Assembly (NCBI GenBank): GCA_951406725.2
Contig: OX597834.1
Coordinates: 20,026,001-20,090,000 of the forward strand
DNA from: Octopus vulgaris
Taxonomy: Eukaryota
Direction: 5' to 3'
DNA length: 64,000 nucleotides
This document shows, piece by piece, positions 27,276 through 40,989 of this stretch. The notes beneath the pieces are model-generated. The model was not told where the DNA came from. It saw only the letters and a list, made by a program, of their open reading frames with translations, and did not search any database. Position 1 is the stretch's first letter, and each line of letters starts with the position of its first letter. The position numbers and the translations under genes are program-made.

Positions 27276-28554
27276 TCATAAAATAAAATTATATCTCAGA
27301 TTTATAGGGGTGGAGGAGAGGGTAGCAAATGGAATGTTGTGACAAGCATTCTTTCCTTAAGTGCCTTAAATAATACAATGGTTATTATGTAAACTACAAA
27401 AGTTTCTGAGAAGCCATGTCTTTCAAATCCATTCACAAGCCTTTGGTCAGCTCAGAGCTACAGCAAGAGACTTGCCCAAGAGGACATGGTCCCAAAGAAC
27501 CCAAAGCCATGTGGTTGAGAAGTAAACTTTCCATTGAAAGAGAATTTTATCCCAAATTAAAAGGGGAAGCGGGTGGAAATTGGAATGTTGTGACAAGCAT
27601 TTTTTCCCCGTCAGTACCTTAAATGACATCTGTAAAACAATGTTAATTATGAAAACTACAAGAGTGTCTGATCATTTAGAACTTATTTCTACATTTTGGT
27701 AATTTGCCATAAAATGAAACAACAATGATATTCTGTCTCACATAATCCAAAGATAAAGAAAGACAATAGAAATAAAGAATTTTCTTATTTTTATTTCTAT
27801 CTTATGTCAATTTAGTTTTGGCACTTTAAACTACCAAAATATTAAATGCCATATTTTGTCATTTCTTTGCCAACTTTTGTTCACCTTGTTTTACTTTTAT
27901 TTTTGGTTCTTTTTCTGTGTTTTCTGATAGAATTGGTTACTTTGGTAATCCATCGTTGCTTTTGTGATTTTGTTTCCAACAGACTGACTGTCGCAGTGTT
28001 TTCTTTAATTCAAATTAAAATGAAGACTTCAGAGATCTTTAATAAAACATGAATATCAGTGCCAAGTACAATTATGGTAAGGTGCTAGGCTGCATTATTC
28101 TGAAGACCCTTGTTAGATAATTTCACCAGAAGGTCTCTTAATAATCAAAAACATTGATGCCGTTTAATTGTTTTGAGATTCTTGTGGACTGTGAGTCCCT
28201 AAATGCTTAAATCTGGCAATGGTTCTAACATTACATAATAGTAAGTAAATACACACACATGCGCATGCGAGTTAGAAAGTTACACATTTTTTATTGGCAT
28301 TACATTTTGACTCACTCTTATATATACATATCTATATTCTTCCCTGTGCCTATGAAATCTTGTATCCTTGCCATTAGGCTTTACTTCCACACATGCCAGC
28401 TTAATTTAATTCATCCTTAGTCGAAAGACACCTGTTGTTACATCCTGTTATTTGTATTTGTGTAAATTTCTCTGTTTTATCTGTCTTTGTTTTTGTACAC
28501 ATTCGCTGCTTTCTTCCAAGGAATCTAATGCTCTTAGCTTAGTTTTTCCTTGGG

Positions 28555-28705
28555 GCTGGTGTGTTTACGTCTCCGTAACTTAGCAGTTCGGGAAAAGAGA
28601 CCAAAAGAATAAGTCCTGGGATCGATTTGCTCGACTAAAGGGGATGCTCGAGCATGGCCACAGTCAAATGACTGAAACAAGTAAAAGAGTAAAAGAGAGT
28701 AAAGA
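28555..28705 (+). mobile_element. Family A SINE 3' half
   Basis: gcatggccacagtcaaatgactgaaacaagtaaaagagt tail. Confidence 0.8.
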
Positions 28706-29068
28706 CTAAGTGTGTGTATGTTATGCACAACTCATGAATCTATGTATTCATGCATTATGCACACAAACAAGTCTGAAGCAATCTACTTCAGTGTCATTTC
28801 AGATTTTTTTCTGTTGATATAACTCACTAAATCAATACACATAAAGTTAGTCTTGACATGCTAAATACAAACAGGAGGTGGCGGAGAGGGAAAGACCGAT
28901 ACAATATCCTTTACTTAGTACCGGAAAGAAAATTATCTTAAACAACAGGGATCTTACAAATTCAGAGTAAACAGCTCACAGTAGATTTCACATGTAATTC
29001 CAGATACTACAACTCTCTAATACTATGCTGTGACTACAGTACATGCACATAACTATATATATATACAG

Positions 29069-29115
<47 letters not shown>

Positions 29116-29117
<2 letters not shown>

Positions 29118-29448
29118 GGCACATGGCTCAGTGGTTAGAGCATCGAGCTTATGATCATGAGGCTGTGAGTTCAAATCCCGGACCAAGCTGCTTGTTGTGT
29201 TCTTGAGCAAGACACTTTATTTCATGTTGCTCCCGTACACTCAGTTGTAGAAATGAGTTTCGACGTCACTTGTGCCAAGCTGTATCAGCCTTTGCATTTC
29301 CCTTGGATAACACTAGTGGTGTGGAGAGGGGAGGCTGTTATGCATGGGCGACTGCTGGTCTTCCATAAAAACAATCTTGTCCAGACTTGTGCCTGGGAGG
29401 GTAACTTTCTAGGTGTAATCCCATGGTCAGTCATGACCAGAGGGGTCT
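29116..29448 (+). mobile_element. tRNA-headed SINE (family C), near full length
   Basis: Box A tggctcagtgg, box B gagttcaaatcc, CORE-like ttgtgttcttgagcaagacacttt. Confidence 0.82.
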
Positions 29449-29474
29449 CAGCAATATATATATATATTTAGGGA

Positions 29475-29532
<58 letters not shown>

Positions 29533-29550
29533 ATTTATTTAGGGGGTGTC

Positions 29551-29582
<32 letters not shown>

Positions 29583-29640
29583 ATGGCAGTGCCCCAGCAT
29601 GGCCACAGCTCATGAGCTGAAACTAGATGAAAAATAAAAA

Positions 29641-29698
<58 letters not shown>

Positions 29699-30234
29699 GA
29701 CTAAGAAAAAACAGAGATGACCAAAGAAAAACGATGGTTATGTTATGAGCTTCATTATCTAACACCTGTTTCTGCTATAAGATGCAGTGGCCTCTTAGCT
29801 GAGTGCATGAATAACATTCTATAACTTTAATAGAGCCTCAAATATGAAGTGCAATTTATTTGGGAAAAAAGTTACTACATATATATAGAGATATATTCAT
29901 ATATATATACATATATATAATTACTGCTCTGGGTACCTCTGATGAGCACAGGGTTACATCATTGAACTGTTACCTAACACTCCTTCGAACCCCTAGTGTG
30001 AGACTAGGTAGTAAGATCAGCCATAATGAATATATAATTCTGCACACTTTGATTAACACACACACACATTCACATATATATATATATATACAGGAAGCAC
30101 CGTGCGTATAGCCTGTAGTAGTTTATCAACTGAATCAACAATGTATAAAATCTTCAAATGTTTACATTGCTGAGAAAATTGTTTTCAAATTATAAAATAA
30201 AATAAAAGGGGACATGGTGAGGACAGCAACAGTG

Positions 30235-30443
30235 ATGGTCATGATGGTGGTGGTGGTGGAGGTAGTGAGGGAACTGTAGTAGTAGTAGTGATAGTGATGG
30301 TGGTGGTAGTGTTAACGATGGTGGGTGTGGTGGTAGTAGTAGTAGTTTCTGTGGTGGTAGTGGTGGTTGTCGTGGTAGTATTAGTGGTGGTGGGCGTGGT
30401 AGTATTAGTAGTAGTGGTGGCTGTGGTGGCGGTCATGGTAGTG

Positions 30444-30481
<38 letters not shown>

Positions 30482-30978
30482 GGTGGTGGTGAGAATAATC
30501 AGAAGAAGAAAGTAATATAAGCAAAAACAAAACAAACAATCAAAAAAAAAAAATAGAAGCCATGATTAAAGCCAGATGTAAATCTTTCCATAAATCTTGA
30601 TTGATCTCTTTCAATAATCATTCAGTGTTGATTCAATCATGAGTTTATTTCTAATGGGATCGAACTCAGTGACGTCACTAATACTTAGTGTTGTTGTTGT
30701 TGCTGTTGCTGTTGCTGGTGGTGGTGGTGGTGGTGGTTCTCGTGATGTAGTTGTTGGTGATGATGATGTTGTTGTTGTTGTTGCTGATAATCTTGTTGTT
30801 TATATGATGATGATGATGATGATGATGACGGTGATGTTGCTGGTTGTGTTCTATAAGGGGATCACAAGTAGTAGTAGTTGTAGTAGTAGTGGCAGCAACA
30901 GCAATGGCGGTGGTGGTGGTGGTAGTAGTAGTAGTAATTGTAGTAGCAGCAGCAGCAGCAGTAGTAGTAGCAGTAATG

Positions 30979-31036
<58 letters not shown>

Positions 31037-31305
31037 CAGTAGTAATAGTAGTAGTAGTAGCGGCAACAGCAGTAGCAGCAATGATAGAAGTAGTAGTAGT
31101 AGTAGGTGTAGTGGCAGCAGTAGCAGCAATGGCGGTGGTAGTAGTAGTAATAGCAATGGTAGTAGCAGCAGCAGCAGCACTAGTAGCAGTAGTAGTAGCT
31201 GTAGCAACAGCAGCAGTGATAGTTGTAGTAGTAATAGTAGTACTACCAGTACTGCTAGTAGTAGTAGTAGTAGTAGTAGCAGCAGCAGCGATAGTAGTAG
31301 TTGTC
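30235..31305. repeat. Compound (GGT/AGT/AGC/GTT/GAT)n trinucleotide field
   Basis: Two triplet blocks flanking a ~170-bp unique island; open in most frames. Confidence 0.9.
30668..30679. promoter_or_regulatory. Perfect CRE palindrome AGTGACGTCACT
   Basis: TGACGTCA (CREB/ATF consensus) extended to a 12-bp palindrome in unique sequence. Confidence 0.35.
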
Positions 31306-32111
31306 ACTCCCTTCTCGATATGTTGAAATACTTTCTGAAGGGTCCACTCACAGATGGAGTTCACCCCTTCCCAAATACACATTCTTTGGTGGTGGGCCTA
31401 TGTGTGACAGTCACCTCCTTCCTGATGTATGCTCAATATTTTAGTTTATGTACACATATGTATGGGTGTGGGTGATGCAGGTTGGTGGACGGGGTGGGTT
31501 ATTTGTGCCTTTTACGAAGCCAACCATTACGGAATCGCAAATGCAAATACGCTAAAAAATGCAAAGCACTTACAAATATGCACATCTGATTATACAGTGA
31601 TGGATGTTGTTTCGTACCCCGACACCCGACTTTTTAGTTAATGGCAGGACCCAGTTCCATTCATCTTCGCTGAACATACACGCACTTAAGAATGAGAATC
31701 AGAATTATATCTCCACACTCGCTGGTTATGATTACGCAAGCAGCGAATCAACAGAGTGACTCTTGTAAAGTCAATACACCTCAAAGACTCGTGCATAAAA
31801 AGGTGCAGCTCACCAATTCTCTTGCAGTGTTGCGCATTGAAATCAAAAGTCAACTTCTGTGACTGAATGCCAATATAAAAATCTGCCGTGTAGCATTGTT
31901 CCTTGTTTACCAGCCTCCACTCTCCTTATTTACCCAGTCAGCAATCTCAGGTTCTTACAGTTTATATCACCATCAGATTCAACCCACTGCCTTTATTTTT
32001 TGGGTTTTTTTTTTTTAGATATTTTAGTTTTATTTCATTGTTTTTTGTTCTCTTTTGGCACTTGTGGTATGATTGTTGTTTCATTTCTACATCCTTGCAG
32101 GTAAAAAAAAT

Positions 32112-32152
<41 letters not shown>

Positions 32153-32180
32153 CATATATATATATATGTGTGTGTGTATA

Positions 32181-32217
<37 letters not shown>

Positions 32218-32551
32218 GAGTATATACATACATGTATATATATATAAGTGTGCATGTGTGTATGTGTCTCTCTGTGTGCGTGTGTATGTGTGTGATGAAT
32301 TCCTGCATCATATTTTACGGCATTTCAACACAAAACAAGCAGATTTGTCGGTTCACAAATCCACAATTGATGTTGTGTTGTGCAATCTCCATATAAAACT
32401 TGCAGAGTGAGGTGAGAACATTCCAGATCTCTGATCAAAGTTAATAAAAAATGGGGGTTTACAACTGCCAAATTGACATAATATTTACAACAAAAACAAC
32501 GGCGATGACAACAACAACAATGATAATAACAATGATAATAATAGTATTAAC

Positions 32552-32585
<34 letters not shown>

Positions 32586-33637
32586 GCAACAACAACAACA
32601 ACAGCAATAATAGTTTCAAATTTTGGCACTATCATAATAACAATAATAATAATAATAATAATAGTAATAATAATGATAATAGTAATAATAATAATAATAA
32701 TGATGATAATAATGGTTTCAAATTGTGCTACAATCATCATCATGATGATGATGATAACAATAAAGGCTTCAAATTTTGGTTCAATACTAATAATAATAAT
32801 AATAATAATAATAATAGTAATAGTAATAATAATAATAGTAATAGTAATAGTAATAATAATAATAGTAATAGTAATAATAATAATAATAATAGACTCATCA
32901 TTGATAATAATAAAAATAACAATTATTATTATTATTATTAATGATTATGCTGCTGCTGCTGCTGATGATGATGATGGTGATGACGATGATGATGATGATG
33001 TGGGTTCAATTATTTTACAGATGAAAGAATTTCCTACAAATCATTTTAAGATTCGTTTTGCAATTGTTCGCTTTATTTTATTTTATTTTTATTTATTGTT
33101 TTGTGTGTGTGTGTGTGCACCAGAGAATATTTGCCAAAAGGAAAAAAAAAATCACGAATAAAGCTGGTTATTTCTTTGGTGCATTTGTTGCACAACATTT
33201 GCATGTAAAGCATTTTAAATGCCATATTTGCATTTGCGCAGCAACAGACACAACCTGTATCTGTTGTCTAGTGACAGCTTCATTTCTTAAAAACAACCAC
33301 CCCCACCCCCACCCCCAAAAGAAAAAAAAACAAAAGACTTCTCTCTTTTTCCCCTGCATCGGATTGCACATGCAAAACGAGAAAGGCCATGTGCAGAACG
33401 TGCAAAAGAGAGAAACAGAGAAAGAAAGAGAGAGAGAGAGAGAGAGAGAGGAGGGGGTTGGGGTTCAGGGTCATTTTATATGTTTTTAATAGCATGTTGC
33501 ATGGCAAGGGCTTTTAGCTTGGCACACAGATGAGAGAGGGATTGCTAAATATGCTGGCGAAGAAGCATTAACATGGCGGACTTCTCTCTATCTCTCTTTC
33601 TCTCTCTGTCTTCCTCCTCTCTCTCTCTCTCATTTAG

Positions 33638-33670
33638 ATACCAGCTCTGACGATTAAGCGTGCAGAGGGT
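33638..33670 (+). CDS. Candidate 33-nt coding microexon IPALTIKRAEG (host unknown)
   Basis: ~55-nt pyrimidine tract plus catttag acceptor and a GTATGT donor; length divisible by 3; only phase 0 is stop-free; GCATG motifs upstream. Confidence 0.45.
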
Positions 33671-33919
33671 GTATGTTATTGACTACATGACACTGGGAAA
33701 TAACAAGAGGAATAAAGAGAGAGAGACAGTCAAGAGGATGGACACACATTTAAACAGACAAACACACACACATACATATGCATGTAATCGTACACACACA
33801 CATATTCACATGCACTTACATATACACACGCAGCCACACTCATACACCAGGTTTCGATTTTTCTCATTCTTTGGTCATCTACGATGTTTTTTAGAGAGTT
33901 TCACATTTAACAGGCATAC

Positions 33920-33951
<32 letters not shown>

Positions 33952-34023
33952 GTAATGATGATAATAATAATGATAATAATAATAATATTATTATCATCAA
34001 TATTATAATTATTATTATTATTA

Positions 34024-34064
<41 letters not shown>

Positions 34065-34068
34065 GTTA

Positions 34069-34284
34069 AGGTGGCAAGCTGGCAGAATTGTTAGCAAGCT
34101 AGACAAAATGCTTAGCAGTATTTTGCCCATCACTGCAATTTGAGTTCAAATTCCGCCAAGGTTAACTTTGCCTTTCATCCTTTCGAGATTGATAATTTAA
34201 GTACCAGTGAAATACTGGGGTCGATGTAATTGACTAGTCTCCCCCCCAAAAAAATTTCAGGTCTTGTGCTTTTAGTAGAAAGGA

Positions 34285-34322
<38 letters not shown>

Positions 34323-34565
34323 CATTATTATTATTATTATTAATTTTAAGGCAGTGACCTGGCAGTATTATTAGTATGCTGGATGAAATGCTCAGTGATA
34401 GTTCACCCGTTGCTATGTACTGTGTTCAAATTCCACCAAGGTTGACTTTGCCTTTCATCCTTTCAGGAGTCGATAAATTAAGTACCAGTGAAACACTGGG
34501 GGTTGTTGTAATTGGTTAATCCCCTCCCCAAAATTTTGGGTCTTGTGCCTTTAACAGAAAGGATT
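34069..34565 (+). mobile_element. Two tandem family B SINEs
   Basis: Copies at 34069-34285 and 34349-34565, separated by (ATT)n. Confidence 0.85.
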
Positions 34566-35979
34566 ATCATCATCATCATCATCATCATTATTATAGCCAA
34601 AGATATTCACAAAACAAGAAAAACATTATCTTGAACATATCAAAAATATATAAAAATAATATTGTAAGAATAAGTATCAGGCTTAAAAAAAACATAAAGT
34701 CCTGGGGTGGATTCATTTGATTAAAACTTCTTCAAGGCAGTGCCCCAGCATGGCCACAGTCTAATAACTGAAACAAATAAAAGATAAAAGACATCAATCA
34801 CTTTTTCTTGTGGAACCCTTAATAACTTGTCGCAGAACCCCTACAACCTCTCATAGAGCCCTAGATTTCAAAGTGTGAGAAAATACTGATTTAAGCTTTT
34901 GTTCAGCAACATTTACCTTGATAGGATAACGGGTAAAGTTTTGATTAGCTAAATTTATTGTAATTGCTACTTTATGTGAGCTAGCACTTACTTCTCTAAG
35001 GACACTTCTAATTACTGTCTTGCCTTCTCTTCCATCTCCTCTTCTCTAACCCTGCTCTCCCTAGAATTTAATCAATCAAGGCTTGATTATTTCTCTACCT
35101 ACCTCTCCACCCAAATGCCTGCTGCATGTCTATCAATCTATCTAATCAACCATCTTATTCTTTTATCCAAGTTTCAATCCATCTATCTATCATCCTATCA
35201 GCCTGTCTGTCTGTTTGTCTGTCTCTCTGCCTTTCTTTCAATCCATCTATCCCATTTTACTTCTGTTAATTTATCTACCCATTTATTCATCACTCCGTCC
35301 ATCCATCCAGCCATCAATCTATCTATCTATCAATCTATTTATCTACACATCTCCTTATCTGTCTGCCTGTGTTTCTGTCTTTCTGACAGACCGTTTGTCT
35401 ATCTGTCTGTCTTTCTATCTATTTCTCCATTTATCCATCTATCTGTCCACCTATTCTCTAATCCATCCATCCATCTATCTATCCATCCACCCAAACAACC
35501 ACTCATCCTTCCATCTATCTATCTATCTATCTATCTATTTGTCTGTCAGCCTTTCCACCCAAAACCCGACCCCCGCCCGACCACCTATCCATCCACCCAC
35601 CCATTCACAAAGCCACAAAGTATCATTCTCTCATCAGTTGGCCTGCAGTTAATGACTGAGTTAAGCAACTTGCCTAATTTGTCACTTAGTTTTATCAGCA
35701 CAGCTAAACCGCTCCAAATTAAAAATTCTTTCATTTCCGACTAAATTAACGAAGACCTCTACTTGTAGTGCTCCATCAATCAGAGGAATTGATGAAATGT
35801 CACTGCAGACATCCATGATGAAGGCTTTAGAAGCAATTAAAGTTTGGAGAATGTCCATGTTACACACAGAATTATATTCTGAAACTGAAATTCACAGAGA
35901 AAAACTGGCAGAGTTTGGTCTGTTAAAATTAAATTCTCCATTGGACAGATTACGTTTTAATATCTCTATGATAAAAAAA

Positions 35980-37125
35980 AGGCAGTGGGCTGGCAGAATT
36001 GTTAGTATGACAGGAAAAAATGCTTAGCAGCACTTCATCTGTTTTTGCATTCTGAGTTAAATGCCTTCAAAAGTTGACTTTGCCTTTCATCTTTTCAAGG
36101 TCAATAAAATAAGTACCAGTGACGTACTGGGGTCGATGTAATTGACTTAGAAATTTCTTAGCACCATTTTATCTGTCTCCATGTTCTGAGTTCAGATTCT
36201 GCTGAGGTCAACTTTGCATTTCGTCCTTTTGGGGGCGTCGATAAAATAAGTACCAGTGACGTACTGGGGTCGATGTAATTGACTTAGAAATTTCTTAGCG
36301 CCATTTTATCTGTCTCCATGTTCTGAGTTCAGATTCTGCTGAGGTCAACTTTGCATTTCGTCCTTTTGAGGGTCGATAAAATAAGTACCAGTGACGTACT
36401 GGGGTCGATGTAATTGACTTAGAAATTTTTAGAGTCATTTTATCTGTCTCCATGTTCTGAGTTCAGATTCTGCTGAGGTCAACTTTGCATTTCGTCCTTT
36501 TGAGGGTCGATAAAATAAGTACCAGTGACGTACTGGGGTCAACGTAATTGACTTCAAAATTCCTTCCATCTTCACATTTTGTGTTAAAATTCTTCTGTGG
36601 TCGACTTTACCTTTCCTTTTTGGGGTCAATAATGTAAGTATTAGTTGAACCTGGGTGGGGTGGTCGATGTAATCAACTTAACCTCACCCCTGAAAATATT
36701 GGCGTTGTGCCAAAAATTGAAACCAGTATTAGCTAATGAGAAGGAGACAAGCTGACTGATTCATTAGCATGTCAGACAAAATGCTTAGTACCATTTCATC
36801 CATCTTCACATTCTGAGTTCAAATTTTGCTGTGGTTGACTTAACCTTTCATCATTTTGGGGCCAATGTAAACAACAAAACTTCTCCCCTGAAAATACTGG
36901 CTTTCTGCCAAAATTTGAAACCAAAAGGTGGCTAATTGGCAGATTCATTAGCACCAGACAGAATGATTAGTGGCATTTCATCTATCTTCACGTTCTGAGA
37001 TCAAATTTCATTGGGGTCCATTTTGGGATCAGTAAAATAAGTAACAATTGAGCATTGTGGTTGATGTGATTCACTTAAAGCCCTTCCCTGATAAATACTG
37101 GTCTTGTATTTGAAGCCAATATTCC
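35980..37125 (+). repeat. Family B SINE array with internal ~135-bp tandem repeat
   Basis: Marker gacgtactgggg at 36121, 36258, 36393 and 36527 (periods 137/135/134); near-identical units with more diverged flanking SINE copies. Confidence 0.9.
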
Positions 37126-37297
37126 TATGGTAGAATATCCAGTCAGCAGTCAGTCTTGAGTGAGTATGATTTGGTAACTTGCACCATGCTTCCACTAGCT
37201 GTTTTAGGGGCATATTTAGTCTGCTATATATATATACAGCATGGTGCAAAAGTTGTATACCACCCTAATCACATGAAAATCTATTCAGTTAAGATAT

Positions 37298-37696
37298 ACT
37301 CTCTTTACTCTTTTACTTGTTTCAGTCAGTTGACTGCGGCCATGCTGGAGCACTGCCTTTAGTTGAGCAACTCGACCCCGGAACTTATTCTTTGTAAGCC
37401 CAGTACTTATTCTACCAGTCTCTTTTGCCGAACCGCTAAGTGACAGGGACATAAACACACCAGCATCGGTTGTCAAGCAATGCTAGGGGGACAAACACAG
37501 ACACACAAACACACACACGCATATATATATATACATATATACGACGGGCTTCTTTCAGTTTCCGTCTACCAAATCCACTCACAAGGCTTTGGTCGGCCCG
37601 AGGCTATAGTAGAAGACACTTGCCCAAGGTGCCATGCAAAGGGACTGAACCTGGAACCATGTAGTTGGTAAGCAAGTTACTTACCGCACAGCCACT
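37298..37696 (-). mobile_element. Full-length family A SINE
   Basis: Complete reverse-complement copy with many CpGs retained. Confidence 0.9.
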
Positions 37697-37811
37697 GATA
37701 GTCTTTTATTTACATAACATTCAGTATCGCAAAATTATTAGCTCACAAAACAAAAAATGGATAGAATAATTGATTAAAGTGATTTCCCTCTATGATAAGC
37801 ATATGTATGTC

Positions 37812-37910
37812 TGTGGAGTGCTCAGCCACTTGCACATTAATTTCACAAGCTGGCTGTTCCTTTGATCAAATCAACTGGAATGCTTGTCGTCATAACTGAC
37901 AGAATGCCCC
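37812..37910 (+). repeat. Short interspersed repeat fragment (unclassified)
   Basis: Inverted homologue at 61715-61810 (tggagtgctcagccacttgcac...caactggaa). Confidence 0.6.
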
Positions 37911-37915
37911 AGTTA

Positions 37916-38130
37916 ATGCAGTGCTGAATAGTTCTTGATTTTAAGGATATTGCAAAAGGCCTGGCTGGAGACCCAACCTTGTGAGTTCTTTTTACAGGAC
38001 TTAGAAAAACTGAAGGACCACTGTAATAAGTGTGTGAATCTGAGAGGGGAATGTGTTGAAAAAAATCATAATTAACTGATCCTCTTGTATTTTCGTTTAT
38101 GCAAAGCAGGAACTTTTCAGCACCCCTTCA
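37916..38130 (+). mobile_element. Non-autonomous mariner element, second copy
   Basis: Homologous to 22257-22480; remnant KAWLETQPCEFFLQDLEKLKDHCNKCVNLRGECVE; TIR gaacttttcagcacccc. Confidence 0.8.
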
Positions 38131-38791
38131 AATGCGTATGTATATGTGTATACATATATATATATATGCACACAAACACATGCATGTATGTATGTATGTA
38201 TGTATGTATGTATGTATGTATGTAGGTAGGTAGGTAGGTAGGTAGGTCTAGGAGAAGGTAACTCAGGTAACTGGGATAACTCTGACATAAAACCTGCGGC
38301 TCAGTGGTTACCGATGATGTTGACTTGTTCTTCTTTTCGGATTATGGCTGTTGTTGCTTAGTGAGTGGGATTGACTCAGTGCACAGCTTTTCCTCACTTT
38401 AAAAAAAATCGTCTTGCACAGGCATTGCACAATAACAACATTGATTAAGCTTCGTGCAATGGCCATACTCGATAATGAGGGGGCAGCCACCATGTATGTA
38501 TGTATGTAGGTAGGTATGTATGTATGTATGTATATGGTATAATCAACAACATTGTTGAGCAGCAATCAAACAGTAGAAGGATGGTCATGTTATGTCAATG
38601 GTTATGTTGCTCATTTTCTGTTTCAGATTCAGAACAGTAATGACAAATTTTGATTCCATATCATAAATGATAATAAAAACCATTTTATTGAGAAGATATC
38701 ACTGAGCAAGTTTTACTCGATATACAATACAAACTTTGTAACATTCGTTTTTGCTGTCAAACAATCAGAGAAATTATATACATATACATAC

Positions 38792-38841
<50 letters not shown>

Positions 38842-38986
38842 CATATAATTGTATCATTATATGAGTGTGTGTGTGTGTGTCTGTGTGTTTTTATATATAT
38901 ATATGTATTTTTTTTTTGTTTTCAGTTTCATCTCAGAGCTGCGGCCATCAGAGCTGCGGCGATGCTGATGCACTGCCGTTTATTTA

Positions 38987-39047
<61 letters not shown>

Positions 39048-39416
39048 ATGTGTGCTTGTGTGTGTATATATATATATTTATATATGCATATATAATTGTA
39101 TCATTATATGTGTGTGTGTGTGTGTGTGCATGTGTGGGTGTGTCTGTATGTACACACACATATATATATGTATGTATTTATATGACGAAAACACAAATGG
39201 AAATATCATTGGTTTCGGATATTGTTGACATTCATCACTGAATTTCTCAATAAATCATAATAAATTTATGTCTATCCCACCAGAAATTTGGTTGCTAGAC
39301 AAAATATGGCTTGGAATCGAATAGATCATGAAGTGATGAAGTGACAAACTCACTGTCAGTAGCGTGAATGATTTAAAACAAAAGAAATATCCTCAAAATA
39401 TATTGAATACAATGAA

Positions 39417-39447
<31 letters not shown>

Positions 39448-40989
39448 GTGTTATATTTTTTTTTGTGAAGTGTAAGAAAATACGTTGACCACAAAACATT
39501 AAATTTCTTTATTGCCCATTAATTTTTGTTCGGAGTAGTAACGTTGTTAGTTTTGGACAATATTTTAGTAGTTATGGAATCTTGAATATACACAGCCAAT
39601 ATTTTCAAAAACAAACACACACAAAACAAAATGCACAAAAAAGGAAAAGTATATAATGGAAACACAATGAACAAGAGAGAGAGACAGAAAGAGAGAGAAA
39701 TATATATATATATATGTATACATATATATTTATAAATATATATGTATATATATACACATATATATATACATATGTATACATACACACACATCTATACAAT
39801 ATTTAGAGACAAAGAGAGAATGTGTTATATATATTTATATATACATATTTATTTATATATTTATATATATAAATGTATGTATATATATATATATATATGA
39901 GTGTGTGTATATATATATATATTTGTATATAAATGTATGTACACACACACATATATATATATATAATGATGTTGATGATATATATATATATATTGAATGA
40001 AAGGAGAGAGATGCAGAGACAGAGAGGGAGTACTATATATTGTGTGAAAAGGAGAGAGAGACAAAGAATAGAAAGACAAATTAACAAGTCGTTATCATAA
40101 TTAAAATATCCGTCTTTAATTCCGATGTCATTTGTGCATGGAATATTTGGCTCTGTTATTGCTTTGCAATTACTTTGTGTAGTGTGGTGGGAGATTGTGT
40201 TGTCATTGTCTGTAAGAATTTGATGTGAGTTCCATTCCTATACAATTTTTCCTTCATATTCTAATACCATCAATTTGTGGATATGATTATTGCATTTTTA
40301 AAAAAAAATAAGTTAAGAGAAAAAAAATGAGAGAGTTTTTAGTATTTGGTTTTATGGAAAATTGTTAAGAATAAGATGGACTGAAAAAAAAATGGTAAAT
40401 TTATATATGTTGTTGGTTTCAACTGGAATTGAATGGAATCGTATATTAGAATTGGACAAGTAAAGTTAAAATGTTTTGGTTGTTATGAAGATAAATGTAT
40501 AAAAATTCCTTGACAGTTCCCGAAATAGTGCTTAGAAAATGGTCAATAAGACAAACTAAGAAAACAAAACAACCAATAAAGATGTTGGTTATGATGATGA
40601 CGATGATGATTTTGAATGCTTGTGAGCATTTGGCCAATCAGATTTGCAAGGAGCCAGGAAAGCATCGATTTGTAGGTTCAATTCAGCCTGAGGTTAGCTC
40701 ATCATTTTCCGGTCATTTGTTTATATTTAAAAAATTGTCACTTCAAAATCAGAGAATAAATATCATTATGATATATATTATATACAGTTATATATATGTA
40801 TATATATTTGTGTGTGTATGTATATAAGATCAGAAGTTGATGCTCTGCTCTGAGTTTCACCATTGACTACTCCTGATGGTTGAATAGAAAAAAATAGGGA
40901 CTTGCTGTATTCATATGGTTGGGGGGGGGTCAGTGGAGGCATCAGGATAGGATTGAGCATTAAGAATCATTGTGAATCCTAATTTCATG

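Noticed and set aside
29116-29190. tRNA gene
   Set aside because: Boxes A/B run directly into a SINE body with no acceptor stem or terminator; it is a SINE head.
30639-31475. 278-aa Ser/Gly-rich ORF
   Set aside because: Translation of trinucleotide microsatellites; several frames on both strands are equally open.
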